A DNA stretch of 41,641 nucleotides from a virus: the IMG/VR virus record IMGVR_UViG_3300042564_003163; one strand, written 5' to 3'. This document shows, piece after piece, positions 16,221-25,725 of this stretch; position 1 is the first letter of the stretch, and each line of letters begins with the position of its first letter. The translations under genes were made by a program, and so were the position numbers. Below the pieces are notes generated by a model, which was not told the origin of the DNA, did no database searches, and saw nothing but the letters and a program-made list of their open reading frames with translations.

Positions 16221-17636
16221 ATGACACTTGTTGACTTTCTAACCGCGCCCTGGGCTATCTTGCCTGATCGACTGCTTGAAATACAGGCGATCTATTCCAC
16301 TCATTTGCGCGGCGAAAAGATAGACATCGCAGCCATCGAAGCGCGCCTAGGCCGGCCACTAGCCAACGATCAGCAAGAATACACGGTGCGCGACGGTGGG
16401 GTAGCTGTCCTGCCCATTTCTGGCGTCATTTCGAACAAAGCCAATATGTTCACCCGCATATCGGACGGCGCATCAGCGCAGTTGTTGACGCAACAGCTTG
16501 CGAGCATGCGCGCTGATCCGCGCGTGAAGTCTGTCGTTCTCGATTTCGACACCCCTGGCGGTTCGGTGTTCGGCATTCCGGCCATGGCCTCAGAGATACG
16601 CGCCTTAGCCAGCGAGAAGCCTACCGTAAGCGTTAGCACTGGCATGATGGCATCAGCCGGGTACTGGACTGGAAGCGCAGCGAATGCCGTGTACCTGTCT
16701 GGTGAGACCGATTACATGGGCTCGATTGGTGTAGTCGCTACGCACAATTATCAGCCGAGAGACAAGTCAGTCACCACCGAGATTACGGCAGGCCGGTACA
16801 AGCGGATTGCCACCGACAACGAGCCGCTGAGCGATGAAGGCCGAGCCTACCTGCAAGGCCAGGTTGATCAGATTTATTCGGCCTTTGTCGATGCTGTAGC
16901 CACCAATCGCCGCGTGAAACCAGATCAGGTTCTGGAGCGCATGGCCGATGGTCGCATCTTCATTGGCCAACAAGCCATCGACGCCGGTCTGGCCGATGGT
17001 TTTGCAACCGTTGAAACGATGGTCGAACGCCTAGCGTCCGACCCGACGAAGTACGCGAGCCGCCGCAAGGCTGTATTCGCGCTGGGAGGGATTACTGAAT
17101 CAGCCGGTGCTGCTGATGACGAAACCCGCCCAACAATTGTTGACGAGCCGGTGCTGCCCGTCGAATCCGAAACCACACCGAAAGGAAAAGCAATGAACCC
17201 TCAAGAGCTAGCCGCAAAATTCGCGGCAGAAAGCCCCGAGGCTTATGCGCTGATCCGTGCCGAAGGAGCCGACGCTGAGCGCGCCCGCATCCAGGCGGTA
17301 CGCGAGCAGGCCATGCCTGGGCATGAGAAGTTGATCGACGCACTGGCGTTTGACGGTCGCACTACTGCGCCCGAAGCCGCTGTGCAGGTACTGGCCGCCG
17401 AAAAAGCGCGCCTGGGCGCATTCGCTTCTACACGAACCAACGACGCACCCCCGCCCGTTGCTCATGCAGCAGCGCCTGAATCCGAAGACAAGCCCGTGAG
17501 CAATATCGGCAACAACGGCATAATCGGACCTGGTGTCGATTCAGCAGCGCTCGATGCAGCCGCAAGAAATTATCAGTCTAACCATCCCGGCACGTCCTAC
17601 CTGGACGCCGTTAAAGCCGTTCAGAAAGGAGCCTAA
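16221..17636 (+). CDS. Head maturation protease, S49/ClpP-like (lambda gpC-like), with a C-terminal scaffold region
   Basis: VAVLPISGVI...VLDFDTPGGSV...GMMASAGYW motifs of the S49 family. The C-terminus is Ala/Glu-rich and helical. Confidence 0.8.
   Translation: MTLVDFLTAPWAILPDRLLEIQAIYSTHLRGEKIDIAAIEARLGRPLANDQQEYTVRDGGVAVLPISGVISNKANMFTRISDGASAQLLTQQLASMRADPRVKSVVLDFDTPGGSVFGIPAMASEIRALASEKPTVSVSTGMMASAGYWTGSAANAVYLSGETDYMGSIGVVATHNYQPRDKSVTTEITAGRYKRIATDNEPLSDEGRAYLQGQVDQIYSAFVDAVATNRRVKPDQVLERMADGRIFIGQQAIDAGLADGFATVETMVERLASDPTKYASRRKAVFALGGITESAGAADDETRPTIVDEPVLPVESETTPKGKAMNPQELAAKFAAESPEAYALIRAEGADAERARIQAVREQAMPGHEKLIDALAFDGRTTAPEAAVQVLAAEKARLGAFASTRTNDAPPPVAHAAAPESEDKPVSNIGNNGIIGPGVDSAALDAAARNYQSNHPGTSYLDAVKAVQKGA
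17193..17636 (+). CDS. Possible nested in-frame scaffolding protein (Nu3-like)
   Basis: In-frame ATG at 17193 preceded by aaaggaaaag, analogous to lambda C/Nu3. Confidence 0.4.
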   Translation: MNPQELAAKFAAESPEAYALIRAEGADAERARIQAVREQAMPGHEKLIDALAFDGRTTAPEAAVQVLAAEKARLGAFASTRTNDAPPPVAHAAAPESEDKPVSNIGNNGIIGPGVDSAALDAAARNYQSNHPGTSYLDAVKAVQKGA

Positions 17637-17638
17637 TC

Positions 17639-17977
17639 ATGGCAGCTTCGAGTACCAATACCCTAGTCCTGAGCATTGTGGCATCTGCCGCTATTACTCA
17701 GTTTCGAGCGGTGAACGCAGCAGGCGCAGTGCCAGCAGCAGCAGCTCACTCTATCGGTCCCGCCATGAATGGCGCGGCCTCTGGCGATGCTGTTCCTGTT
17801 GTTGCGCTGGGCACGGCCATCGGTGAAGCCGGTGCAGCCATTACTGCCGGTGCATTGCTGGAAACCAACGCCAGCGGCCAGTACATCACCCGCTCAGCCG
17901 GTGCAATTGTTGGCCGTGCGCTGACTGCCGCAGGTGCAGCCGGTGACCAGATCGAATTTTTGATTATCCCGAACTAA
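17639..17977 (+). CDS. Small Ala/Gly-rich head protein (decoration or DUF2190-like)
   Basis: 112 aa, lying between the protease and major capsid genes. Confidence 0.55.
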   Translation: MAASSTNTLVLSIVASAAITQFRAVNAAGAVPAAAAHSIGPAMNGAASGDAVPVVALGTAIGEAGAAITAGALLETNASGQYITRSAGAIVGRALTAAGAAGDQIEFLIIPN

Positions 17978-17992
17978 TTTTAGGAGCAAAAC

Positions 17993-18946
17993 ATGCCTCA
18001 ACTCACTCTAGCTCAGGCACGGGTAATCAATCCTGTCCTTACTTCCATCGCTCAGGGCGTCAGTCAGAATACCTTGGTCGGTTCGGTTCTTTTCCCGGTG
18101 GTTAATGTTGGCCAGCGCGCTGGTAACATCATCACCTTCGGTCGCGAAGACTTCATGCAGTATTCTGGCCTCGTTCGCGCCCCTGGTGGTGCCACCAAAC
18201 GAGTGCAGGTCGGCTACGGCAGCAGCCCTTTTTCGCTGATCGACTACTCGCTTGAGGGTTCTCTGCCTATTGAAAACTTGCAGGAAGCCGAAGCCAGTGC
18301 CAACGGTTTCAGTATTGACATGGCAACCGTGACGCTGAGAAAGACCATCGGCATCATGAATTTGCGCCTTGAGATCGCTCAGGCCACCCTGGCTACCACG
18401 CTGGCGAACTATCCTGCCAACAACCGCGTTACGCTGTCCGGTACTGCGCAGTGGTCGGATTATTCTGGCGTTTCTAACCCAGCCGGTGTTGTTGAAACAG
18501 CTAAAGAGCAGATTCGCGCCAGCACTGGCAAACGCCCGAACGTCATGGTTCTCGGTCCTGTTGTATTTGCTCGCTTGCGCCAGCACCCGCAGATTCGTGA
18601 TTACATCAAGTACTCCAACCGTGAAGTAGCCACCGCTGCCATTCTGGCCGAGTTCTTTGGTGTCAGCCAGGTTATCGTTGCTGATGGTGTCCAGGCGACT
18701 GATGCCGGTGTGCTATCTGATGTCTGGGGCAAGCACGCCATTCTGGCCCACACCGAGAGCGATACGCTAGCCAACATGGGAGCACCCACCTTCGGTTACA
18801 CGTATAACCTAGGTGGCTATCCGTTGGTGGAAGAACCTTACTATGACCGCAACCACAAAACTTGGTACTTCCCGATTACTCGCGCGGAAGCCCCGGTTAT
18901 TGCTGGTTCCAGCGCTGGTTACTTCATCCAGAACGCGGTGGCATAA
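17993..18946 (+). CDS. Major capsid protein (gpE-like by position)
   Basis: 317 aa, strong RBS (taggagc), canonical position after the protease and decoration genes. Confidence 0.8.
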   Translation: MPQLTLAQARVINPVLTSIAQGVSQNTLVGSVLFPVVNVGQRAGNIITFGREDFMQYSGLVRAPGGATKRVQVGYGSSPFSLIDYSLEGSLPIENLQEAEASANGFSIDMATVTLRKTIGIMNLRLEIAQATLATTLANYPANNRVTLSGTAQWSDYSGVSNPAGVVETAKEQIRASTGKRPNVMVLGPVVFARLRQHPQIRDYIKYSNREVATAAILAEFFGVSQVIVADGVQATDAGVLSDVWGKHAILAHTESDTLANMGAPTFGYTYNLGGYPLVEEPYYDRNHKTWYFPITRAEAPVIAGSSAGYFIQNAVA

Positions 18947-19107
18947 TGAAGGTCGTGATCATTTCCCAAGTCGAGCACGACGCCAAACTCTTGGAGGTTG
19001 GCGCCGAGGTCGATCTTCCGAAAGAAGTAGCCGACGCTCTTATCGAGTCCGGTGCAGCCGAAGCCAAGCAAGACAAGGCCAAGGCAAAGGCTTCTACGGA
19101 GGAATGA
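18946..19107 (+). CDS. Hypothetical small head-associated protein (53 aa)
   Basis: The ATG overlaps the capsid TAA (TAATG). Acidic/lysine-rich tail. Confidence 0.45.
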   Translation: MKVVIISQVEHDAKLLEVGAEVDLPKEVADALIESGAAEAKQDKAKAKASTEE

Positions 19108-19110
19108 TCC

Positions 19111-19395
19111 ATGCCGTTCGCCGAGGTAATTTCCACGTTCTTCAATGCTGATGAGTTTGCCAGCCAGGCAACGTGGGGAGCGTTCACGGCGAACGTCATA
19201 CTGGATACGCCCACTGAGGATGTTCTTGGTGGGCGTGCCCAATCCATCGAATACGAAGCGATGTTACCTTCCGCTCAGTTTCCGGGCATCAAGCGCGGGG
19301 ACACTGTTGTAATTGCTTCGACCACATACGCCGTGCGCGAGGTAAAGCTACTCGATGACGGTGCCATTAAATCGCTCTCGCTGTCCAAGTCATGA
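19111..19395 (+). CDS. Head-tail joining protein, lambda FII-like
   Basis: Pattern F..F.....AT...V.L.TP....G........PS......KRGDTV.I....Y.V..V...DDG resembles gpFII. Confidence 0.55.
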   Translation: MPFAEVISTFFNADEFASQATWGAFTANVILDTPTEDVLGGRAQSIEYEAMLPSAQFPGIKRGDTVVIASTTYAVREVKLLDDGAIKSLSLSKS

Positions 19396-19811
19396 GCAAG
19401 CGCGAGCAAATAGTTTCAGCCATTGTTACCGCCCTAGCGGGAACGACTGGCGTAGGTACTCGGATATTCCGAAGCCGTGAAGACGCACTGGAGCGCGACG
19501 AAGCGCCTGCTCTGGTGATCCGGCCTGAATCCGACGAACCGCAGACCGACATCGTCGGGATCACGGAAAAGAAACTGACCGTAACGGTGGGCATCTACAC
19601 CAGGGGCGCAATACCCGATCAATTGGCGGATGCGACCGCAGACTCGGTACACAGTAAAATCATGGCTTCGCCAACCCTTGGTGGCCTGGCGATTGATATT
19701 GAAGAAGGCGCAGCCAGTTGGGATTTTGACGAAGCCGATCTTACGGCTGGCTGGCTGACCATGCGCTATATTGTCTGGTACAGGCATCAACGCGGGAACC
19801 TAGCACTATGA
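19392..19811 (+). CDS. Tail terminator, gpU-like
   Basis: 139 aa, ATGA overlap with the upstream gene, gpU-like layout, lies upstream of the major tail gene. Confidence 0.5.
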   Translation: MSKREQIVSAIVTALAGTTGVGTRIFRSREDALERDEAPALVIRPESDEPQTDIVGITEKKLTVTVGIYTRGAIPDQLADATADSVHSKIMASPTLGGLAIDIEEGAASWDFDEADLTAGWLTMRYIVWYRHQRGNLAL

Positions 19812-19972
19812 ACACTAAGACAGATCAAAACATGGGTCAGGGCGGCAGTTATGTCACTGACCCAAAAACGGGAATGCTGAAACTCTTGGAGCGCACCGAA
19901 GACGCGCTCCGCGATACTGCGCCCGAGCCGGTTAATTCAGACAGCGAGGCCGCAAAGGCCGATAAGGAGTAA
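19808..19972 (+). CDS. Small hypothetical protein (54 aa), not in the ORF track
   Basis: ATGA overlap with the previous gene. Its stop lies 3 nt before the major tail ATG. MNTKTDQNMGQGGSYVTDPKTG... Confidence 0.45.
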   Translation: MNTKTDQNMGQGGSYVTDPKTGMLKLLERTEDALRDTAPEPVNSDSEAAKADKE

Positions 19973-19975
19973 TAA

Positions 19976-21142
19976 ATGCCATTGTTAGCACGCAAGCGAG
20001 TATTGCTCGCAAGAATTGAAACCACCTACGGCACCGACCCGAACCCTACTGGTGCGGCAGACGCTATCCTAGTTCGCAATATGAGCGTCACCCCCCAGGA
20101 AGCCGATCTGGTGGATCGCGACCTGGTAAGACCCTACATCGGACGCTCTGAGCAGCTACCCGCTGGCATTCGCGCCATGGTGGACTTCGAAGTCGAGATC
20201 GCTGGCGTAGCCACGGCAGGCCAAGCGCCTGGCTGGGGTTCGCTGATGCGCGCTTGCGCATTCTCACAGACGCTAACCGCTGCCGCTGTTGTTGGCACCG
20301 CGCAGGCAGGAAGCACGGCCACGACAATCGTGCTGGCTACTGGCGCATCTGCGGTCGATGGTTTCTACAACGGCATGCCGGTGCGTATCACTACCGGCAC
20401 CGGTAACGGCCAGACCGGCATTATCATCGGCTATGCTGGCTCGACCCGCACCGCCACGGTTGCAACATCCTGGACAACGAACCCGGACGCAACGAGCCAG
20501 TACAGCATCGACCCGAACGCCGTTTATCGCCCGGTAAGCGGCAGCTTCGAATCCGTGACGATCTATTTCAACGTCGATGGCGTGCTGCACCGCCTTACCG
20601 GCTGCCGTGGCAGTGTTCAAGCCACACTGACCGTTAAGCAGATTCCGGTGCTGAAATTCAGCTTTACCGGCATTTATAACGCCGTGACTGATACCGCAGC
20701 GCCCGCGCCTACCTACACCGCATTCCAGACGCCCGTGCCGGTAACGAACACGAACACCACGGCATTCCGTTTGCACGGTACGGCAGCAGTGCTGTCAGAG
20801 CTTTCAATTGATGCCCAGGTAAGCACTATTCACCGTACGCTGGTGAACGGCGCAGAATCCGTGCTGGTCACAGACCGCGAGCCTCAAGGCCAGGTCACTA
20901 TCGAAGCCGAGACCGTTGCATTCCGCAACTGGTGGACGCTCACCCAGAACGCAACGCTTGGCGCGATGCAGATTATCCACGGCACCGCAACATCCGGCCA
21001 GCGTGTCGTTTTAAGCTCGCCGCGTGTGCAGCTCACGAAACCAGCCTATAATGAGCAGGACGGTATCCAGATGTTGCAGATGGGTCTGCAATTCGTGCCT
21101 AGCACAGTCGGCAACGACGAGCTGGCGATAGCCGTTTACTAA
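19976..21142 (+). CDS. Major tail protein
   Basis: 388 aa ORF with RBS aaggag, immediately upstream of the chaperone pair and tape measure. Confidence 0.7.
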   Translation: MPLLARKRVLLARIETTYGTDPNPTGAADAILVRNMSVTPQEADLVDRDLVRPYIGRSEQLPAGIRAMVDFEVEIAGVATAGQAPGWGSLMRACAFSQTLTAAAVVGTAQAGSTATTIVLATGASAVDGFYNGMPVRITTGTGNGQTGIIIGYAGSTRTATVATSWTTNPDATSQYSIDPNAVYRPVSGSFESVTIYFNVDGVLHRLTGCRGSVQATLTVKQIPVLKFSFTGIYNAVTDTAAPAPTYTAFQTPVPVTNTNTTAFRLHGTAAVLSELSIDAQVSTIHRTLVNGAESVLVTDREPQGQVTIEAETVAFRNWWTLTQNATLGAMQIIHGTATSGQRVVLSSPRVQLTKPAYNEQDGIQMLQMGLQFVPSTVGNDELAIAVY

Positions 21143-21152
21143 GGACTATTCG

Positions 21153-21497
21153 ATGGCGCTTAAAATTGCTCAGTCGGCCACCTTCCGGTGGCCTGTCAAG
21201 ATCATGATTCCGGTCGATGGTGGCCGTCACGATTCGCACACGTTCGATGTCGAGTTTGCTCGCAAGAGCACCAGCGATGTCGAGCTGATGGTGGCGAAGA
21301 TTGCAACCGGCGAGCTGACCGAATTCGACGCTTTCCGCGATCTGGTCAAGGGCTGGTCTGGTGTGGTTGATGACAAAGGCGAAATACCGTTCAGCGAGTC
21401 CGCGCTCAAGATGGTGCTGGACATACCCACAGCCGGAATTGCGATCCTGAACGCCTACAAGGAAGCCACCGGCGAGGTAGCGCGAAGAAAAAACTGA
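21153..21497 (+). CDS. Tail assembly chaperone (gpG analogue)
   Basis: 114 aa, between the major tail and tape measure genes. It ends in a slippery heptamer. Confidence 0.8.
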   Translation: MALKIAQSATFRWPVKIMIPVDGGRHDSHTFDVEFARKSTSDVELMVAKIATGELTEFDAFRDLVKGWSGVVDDKGEIPFSESALKMVLDIPTAGIAILNAYKEATGEVARRKN

Positions 21498-21838
21498 CGG
21501 ATGCCGTTGCGCACCTGTTCCGCAGCGGCAGTACGTCAGAGCTAGAGCAGGATTTTGCAACACTGGGGGCGCCGCCGCCTGAATTTATACAAGCAGTCGA
21601 GGATGCGGAAATGTTTGAAGTCTGGCCGGATAACGTTGAAATGCTAAACCTGTTCATGCGTATTCAGACGCAGTGGCGGTCGGGCGTCAACGGCATCACC
21701 GGCCTGGACTACGCTGGCGTACAGGCAGCAATTGCCATGCTTGGCATGACACTGCCCAAAGGCTGGTTTGACGACTTGCAGGCGATGGAAACCGCAGCAC
21801 TACGGGTAATGGCAGAGGGGCGCGAGAATGGCGCTTAA
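21153..21838 (+). CDS. Tail assembly chaperone fusion (gpGT analogue, via -1 frameshift at 21488-21494); the C-terminal part is DUF1799-like
   Basis: Frame arithmetic gives 21153 mod 3 = 0 and 21611 mod 3 = 2. No stop codons in the -1 frame over 21494-21610. The FEVWPDNVEMLNLFMRIQTQWR motif is typical of gpT-like DUF1799. Confidence 0.75.
21488..21494 (+). other. Programmed -1 ribosomal frameshift site A_AAA_AAC
   Basis: In zero-frame register (AGA AAA AAC TGA). The -1 frame is open from 21494 into the 21611..21838 ORF. Confidence 0.8.
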
Positions 21839-23993
21839 TGTCGGCGCAGCCTTCAAGATCAGCGCTTCGGTCGATGGGCAGGCGCAGCTCGACCGGCTAA
21901 ATACCTCCCTCCAGAATGTCGGCAAGTACGGCGATGTCAGCGCCGGGCAGATCAAGTGGGCCATGCGCTCGTTGCCAGCGCAGTTCACCGACATAGCCAC
22001 GCAGCTTGCTGGCGGCCAGTCGCCTTTCATGATCCTGTTGCAGCAGGGCGGTCAGATCAAAGACCAGTTCGGTGGCGTCGGCAACGCCCTGCGCGGCATC
22101 GGTTCGCTGATAACACCCGCAGCCGTTGCCTTCGGTGGCCTGGCGGCAGCAGTCGGGGCATTTTCATTTGCGGCAATTCAAGGCTATCAGGAAAGCATTG
22201 CGCTCCAGCGCGCTATAGCCCTGACCGGCAACTACGCTGGGATTACTGCCGATCAATTCGACAGCGCAGCAAAACGCATTCAAGCCGCGAGTGGTTCGAC
22301 TATAGGCGCGGCCAGAGAGCTCATGATGTCGGCGGTTGGTTCGGGGCAATTCGGGCCACAATCCATTGACGCCGTGACGAACGCTATGGCGCGGCTCCAA
22401 AAGCTAAGTGGGCAGTCGTCAGAGGAAATCTTGAAGGTATTCAGCGGCATGTCGAGAGGCGTGGCGAATTGGGCAGCCGAAGCTAACAAGAGCTACAACT
22501 TCCTCGATGCTGCGCAGTACCGTTACCTGCGAAGCCTAGAAGATCAAGGCCAGAAAGAAATGGCTATGGCCGAAGCTGCCAGGATGCTCGATGCAGCCTT
22601 GCAGCAGCGCACGGTTCAGCTCGGTTACATTGAAACCGCTTGGAACAAAGTAAAAGTAGCCGCTTCCAGCGCTTGGAACTCGATGATGGGTCTGGGGCGC
22701 GATGAAACGCCACAGCAGAAAATGGCAGCGCTCCAGGAAGAACTGGCGCGTGTCGAAGCATCCGCTGAGCGCGCGAAGCGAAACCCGCAAGACCACCTAC
22801 GCAATTCATTCTACACCAAGACAATCCAGAATCTGAAAGACCAGATCGACAACTTAAACGAAGTCGTGCGCCTGGAAAACCGCTCGGTATCAATGGCATC
22901 TACCCGAGCTGCCGAAAACCGCAAAGCCGTCGAGGCCGAGAAAAAAGCAGGCGAGGAACGCCGCAAGACAATCAGTGAATTTGATCGGCTCAAGACCGGT
23001 TACGAAGACCAGATCGCCAAGGTAGGCGACCTGAGCGCAGCCGAAGAATTGCTGAAAATGATCCAGCTTGGGCGCTACAAAGATCTATCCGCGCAGCAGC
23101 GGGATGAGCTAGTACGACTGGCGAAGGAACTTGACCAGAAAAAAACCGCGCACGAACAGGAAAGAGAAGCCGCTTCCTTGCGCGAAAAAACAGCCAGGCA
23201 GGAAGCGTCAGACGCCGAAGCCCGTGAGCGTAGGCTCGATGCTACGCGTCAGAAATGGATAGACCTGATCGACCCGGTTGAGAAATATCGCCGCGAGCTT
23301 TGGGAAATCCGAGACTTGGAAGATCGGGGCTTGCTCAGCCCAGAGCAGGCAGCAAGTGCTGAAAACAAGGTGCGCGAGAAGATTGACGAGCTGGGCAGGC
23401 TGAAAGAGACCGGGAAAGACACCTTTTCAGAGCTGGAGTCTGCCATTCGCCGGTTCGGCGAAGAAGCCACCAATACATTTGTTGATTTTGTTTTCGGTGG
23501 CAAAGCCAGTTTCAAAGACCTGATCACCAGTGTGCTCAAAGACTTGGCGCGACTGGTGATTCAGATGCAGGTTATGAAACCGTTGTTCGAGTCGATCAAA
23601 GGCGGATTTGGCGGGTCTGGGAACATCTTCGGCTCTATCAAAGGCTTTTTCGGCTTTGCGAACGGTGGCGTCATGACTAGCAGCGGTTCCATGCCGCTCA
23701 AGGCCTACAGCTCTGGCGGTATCGCCAACAGCCCACAGCTTGCATTGTTCGGTGAAGGCCGGATGCCCGAGGCTTACGTTCCACTGCCTGACGGGCGCTC
23801 GATACCGGTCACCATGAATGGCGGCTCTGGTGGCGCGCCAGTCAACGTGAACGTGGTCGTCAACGCCCAGACCGGCCAGACGGACAGCAACGATCAGGGC
23901 ACATTCGGCAGGCTTGGTGCAGCGATTGGCGCAGCTGTGCGCCAAGAAATTATCAACCAGAAACGCCCAGGGGGTCTGCTCGCAGCAGCATAA
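21828..23993 (+). CDS. Tape measure protein
   Basis: 721 aa, coiled-coil and Gly-rich C-terminus, position after the G/GT pair. Confidence 0.9.
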   Translation: MALNVGAAFKISASVDGQAQLDRLNTSLQNVGKYGDVSAGQIKWAMRSLPAQFTDIATQLAGGQSPFMILLQQGGQIKDQFGGVGNALRGIGSLITPAAVAFGGLAAAVGAFSFAAIQGYQESIALQRAIALTGNYAGITADQFDSAAKRIQAASGSTIGAARELMMSAVGSGQFGPQSIDAVTNAMARLQKLSGQSSEEILKVFSGMSRGVANWAAEANKSYNFLDAAQYRYLRSLEDQGQKEMAMAEAARMLDAALQQRTVQLGYIETAWNKVKVAASSAWNSMMGLGRDETPQQKMAALQEELARVEASAERAKRNPQDHLRNSFYTKTIQNLKDQIDNLNEVVRLENRSVSMASTRAAENRKAVEAEKKAGEERRKTISEFDRLKTGYEDQIAKVGDLSAAEELLKMIQLGRYKDLSAQQRDELVRLAKELDQKKTAHEQEREAASLREKTARQEASDAEARERRLDATRQKWIDLIDPVEKYRRELWEIRDLEDRGLLSPEQAASAENKVREKIDELGRLKETGKDTFSELESAIRRFGEEATNTFVDFVFGGKASFKDLITSVLKDLARLVIQMQVMKPLFESIKGGFGGSGNIFGSIKGFFGFANGGVMTSSGSMPLKAYSSGGIANSPQLALFGEGRMPEAYVPLPDGRSIPVTMNGGSGGAPVNVNVVVNAQTGQTDSNDQGTFGRLGAAIGAAVRQEIINQKRPGGLLAAA

Positions 23994-23996
23994 TCT

Positions 23997-24329
23997 ATGC
24001 CGACATTCACTTTCGCAGCCGATAATGGCGCTCAGTTATCGGTCAAGCCCAGGGTGCTTGAATCGAAGTTTGGCGACGGTTACAGCCAGCGCGTAGGCGA
24101 CGGCATCAATATCCGTAAACGTAAGTGGTCACTCTCATTCAATAGCAGAACTAACGCAGAGATAGCGTCTATTGTGTCGTTTCTGGAGGCTCAAAACGGC
24201 ATTTCATCATTTGACTGGGTTCCACCCTACGGCGCGACTGGCAAGTGGGTATGCTCGGAATGGCAGCACCAGGTGGTAAGGTTCGGTATCAACAACCTGA
24301 CCGCGATTTTCGATGAGGTATTTGAATAA
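23997..24329 (+). CDS. Minor tail protein M (lambda gpM homologue)
   Basis: FGDGYSQR and F.W.PPY motifs shared with lambda gpM. 110 aa. Confidence 0.9.
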   Translation: MPTFTFAADNGAQLSVKPRVLESKFGDGYSQRVGDGINIRKRKWSLSFNSRTNAEIASIVSFLEAQNGISSFDWVPPYGATGKWVCSEWQHQVVRFGINNLTAIFDEVFE

Positions 24330-25024
24330 TGCCCATCCAGCAAGACCTCCAGCAACTCCAGCCGAATAGCATTGTCGAGTTGTTTGTGCTGGACTGCACA
24401 TCGGTGGGTGGCGATTTGTTGCGATTCCACAACGGCAATAACGCACTTGGCGCGAATGTCGTATGGCAGGGCAATACCTATACAGCTTTCCCGATTGAAG
24501 CATCCGGCTTCGAATTTAACGGCAAGGGGCAATTGCCCAGGCCGACACTGCGCGTAGCGAACGTGACCGGCATTCTGGGCGCGCTGGTGCGCACTTATCA
24601 GGACTTGATTGGCTGCAAGCTGACGCGCAAGCGCACGCTGCTCAAGTACCTCGATGCGGTCAACTTCACTGGCGCAACGAATCCGACAGCCGATCCAGCA
24701 GCCGAACTTCCTGATGATGTCTATTTCATCGACAGAAAATCGACTGAAAACAAAATTCTCATCGAATTCGAGCTGGCATCTGCATTCGATGTGTCTGGCG
24801 TGAGGCTTCCGCGCCGGTTCATTGTGCAGAATGTTTGCCAATGGCGGTATCGCGGCGGTGAGTGTGGCTACACTGGCACTGCATATTTCAACGTCAACGA
24901 TCAATCCGTGCCCAGTCTCTCGCAAGACGTGTGCGGCAAGCGCCTGAGCAGTTGCAAGGCTCGATTCGGGCAGTTTGCCGAATTGCCGTTCGGCTCATTT
25001 CCAGCAGCCGGTCTTGTCAGGTAG
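24329..25024 (+). CDS. Minor tail protein L (lambda gpL homologue)
   Basis: WQGNTYTAFPIEASGFEFNGKG and the C-terminal Cys cluster CQWRYRGGECGY...CGKRLSSCKARF, as in gpL. Confidence 0.9.
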   Translation: MPIQQDLQQLQPNSIVELFVLDCTSVGGDLLRFHNGNNALGANVVWQGNTYTAFPIEASGFEFNGKGQLPRPTLRVANVTGILGALVRTYQDLIGCKLTRKRTLLKYLDAVNFTGATNPTADPAAELPDDVYFIDRKSTENKILIEFELASAFDVSGVRLPRRFIVQNVCQWRYRGGECGYTGTAYFNVNDQSVPSLSQDVCGKRLSSCKARFGQFAELPFGSFPAAGLVR

Positions 25025-25029
25025 CCCGC

Positions 25030-25725
25030 ATGGACTGGAAGCAAGAAGCCGAAGATTATGCAAAAAGCGAATATCCTAGAGAGGCTTGCGGCCTGATTGT
25101 CATCGTAAAAGGCCGCGAACGGTTTTTTCCTTGCCAGAATATAGCCATCGGCGATGACCATTTCGTGCTCAAGCCTGACGACTACGCAGCAGCCGAAGAC
25201 GCTGGCGAGATTGTCGCGGTCTGGCATAGCCATTGCGGCATCGGGGCAGAGCCGAGCGAAGCTGACTTGGTGTCGTGCGAGAAAACCGGCTTGGCTTGGT
25301 ACATCTACGCCACCCCGGCTGATAACTGGTGCCGATTTACGCCTACCGGATACCGCGCCCCGCTAGTAGGCCGCCAATGGCAGCATGGCGTGTTGGATTG
25401 CTATTCACTGGTCAAAGACGCCTACGCCGAAATGTTCAGCATATACCTGCCAGATTTTGAGCGAAATGATAACTGGTGGCTGCGGGGTGAGAATTTATAC
25501 ATCGACAACTTCGCCAAAGTCGGCTTCCAGCAGGTAGAATCACCACGTCACGGTGATGCTTTGCTGATGCAGATAGCATCGCCAGTGCCTAACCATGCCG
25601 CGATCTGGCTCGATGGCGATATGATTTTGCATCATATACACGGCAGATTATCGAGCAAAGATGTATATGGCGAGTATTACCGGAAAAACACTGCGATGGT
25701 ATTGCGATATGCTGCGAGAGATTAG
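25030..25725 (+). CDS. Tail tip protein K (JAB/MPN + NlpC/P60 domains)
   Basis: JAMM motif HSHCGIGAEPSEAD (HxHx7SxxD) and the NlpC/P60 Cys in GVLDCYSLV. ATG at 25030. Confidence 0.9.
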   Translation: MDWKQEAEDYAKSEYPREACGLIVIVKGRERFFPCQNIAIGDDHFVLKPDDYAAAEDAGEIVAVWHSHCGIGAEPSEADLVSCEKTGLAWYIYATPADNWCRFTPTGYRAPLVGRQWQHGVLDCYSLVKDAYAEMFSIYLPDFERNDNWWLRGENLYIDNFAKVGFQQVESPRHGDALLMQIASPVPNHAAIWLDGDMILHHIHGRLSSKDVYGEYYRKNTAMVLRYAARD

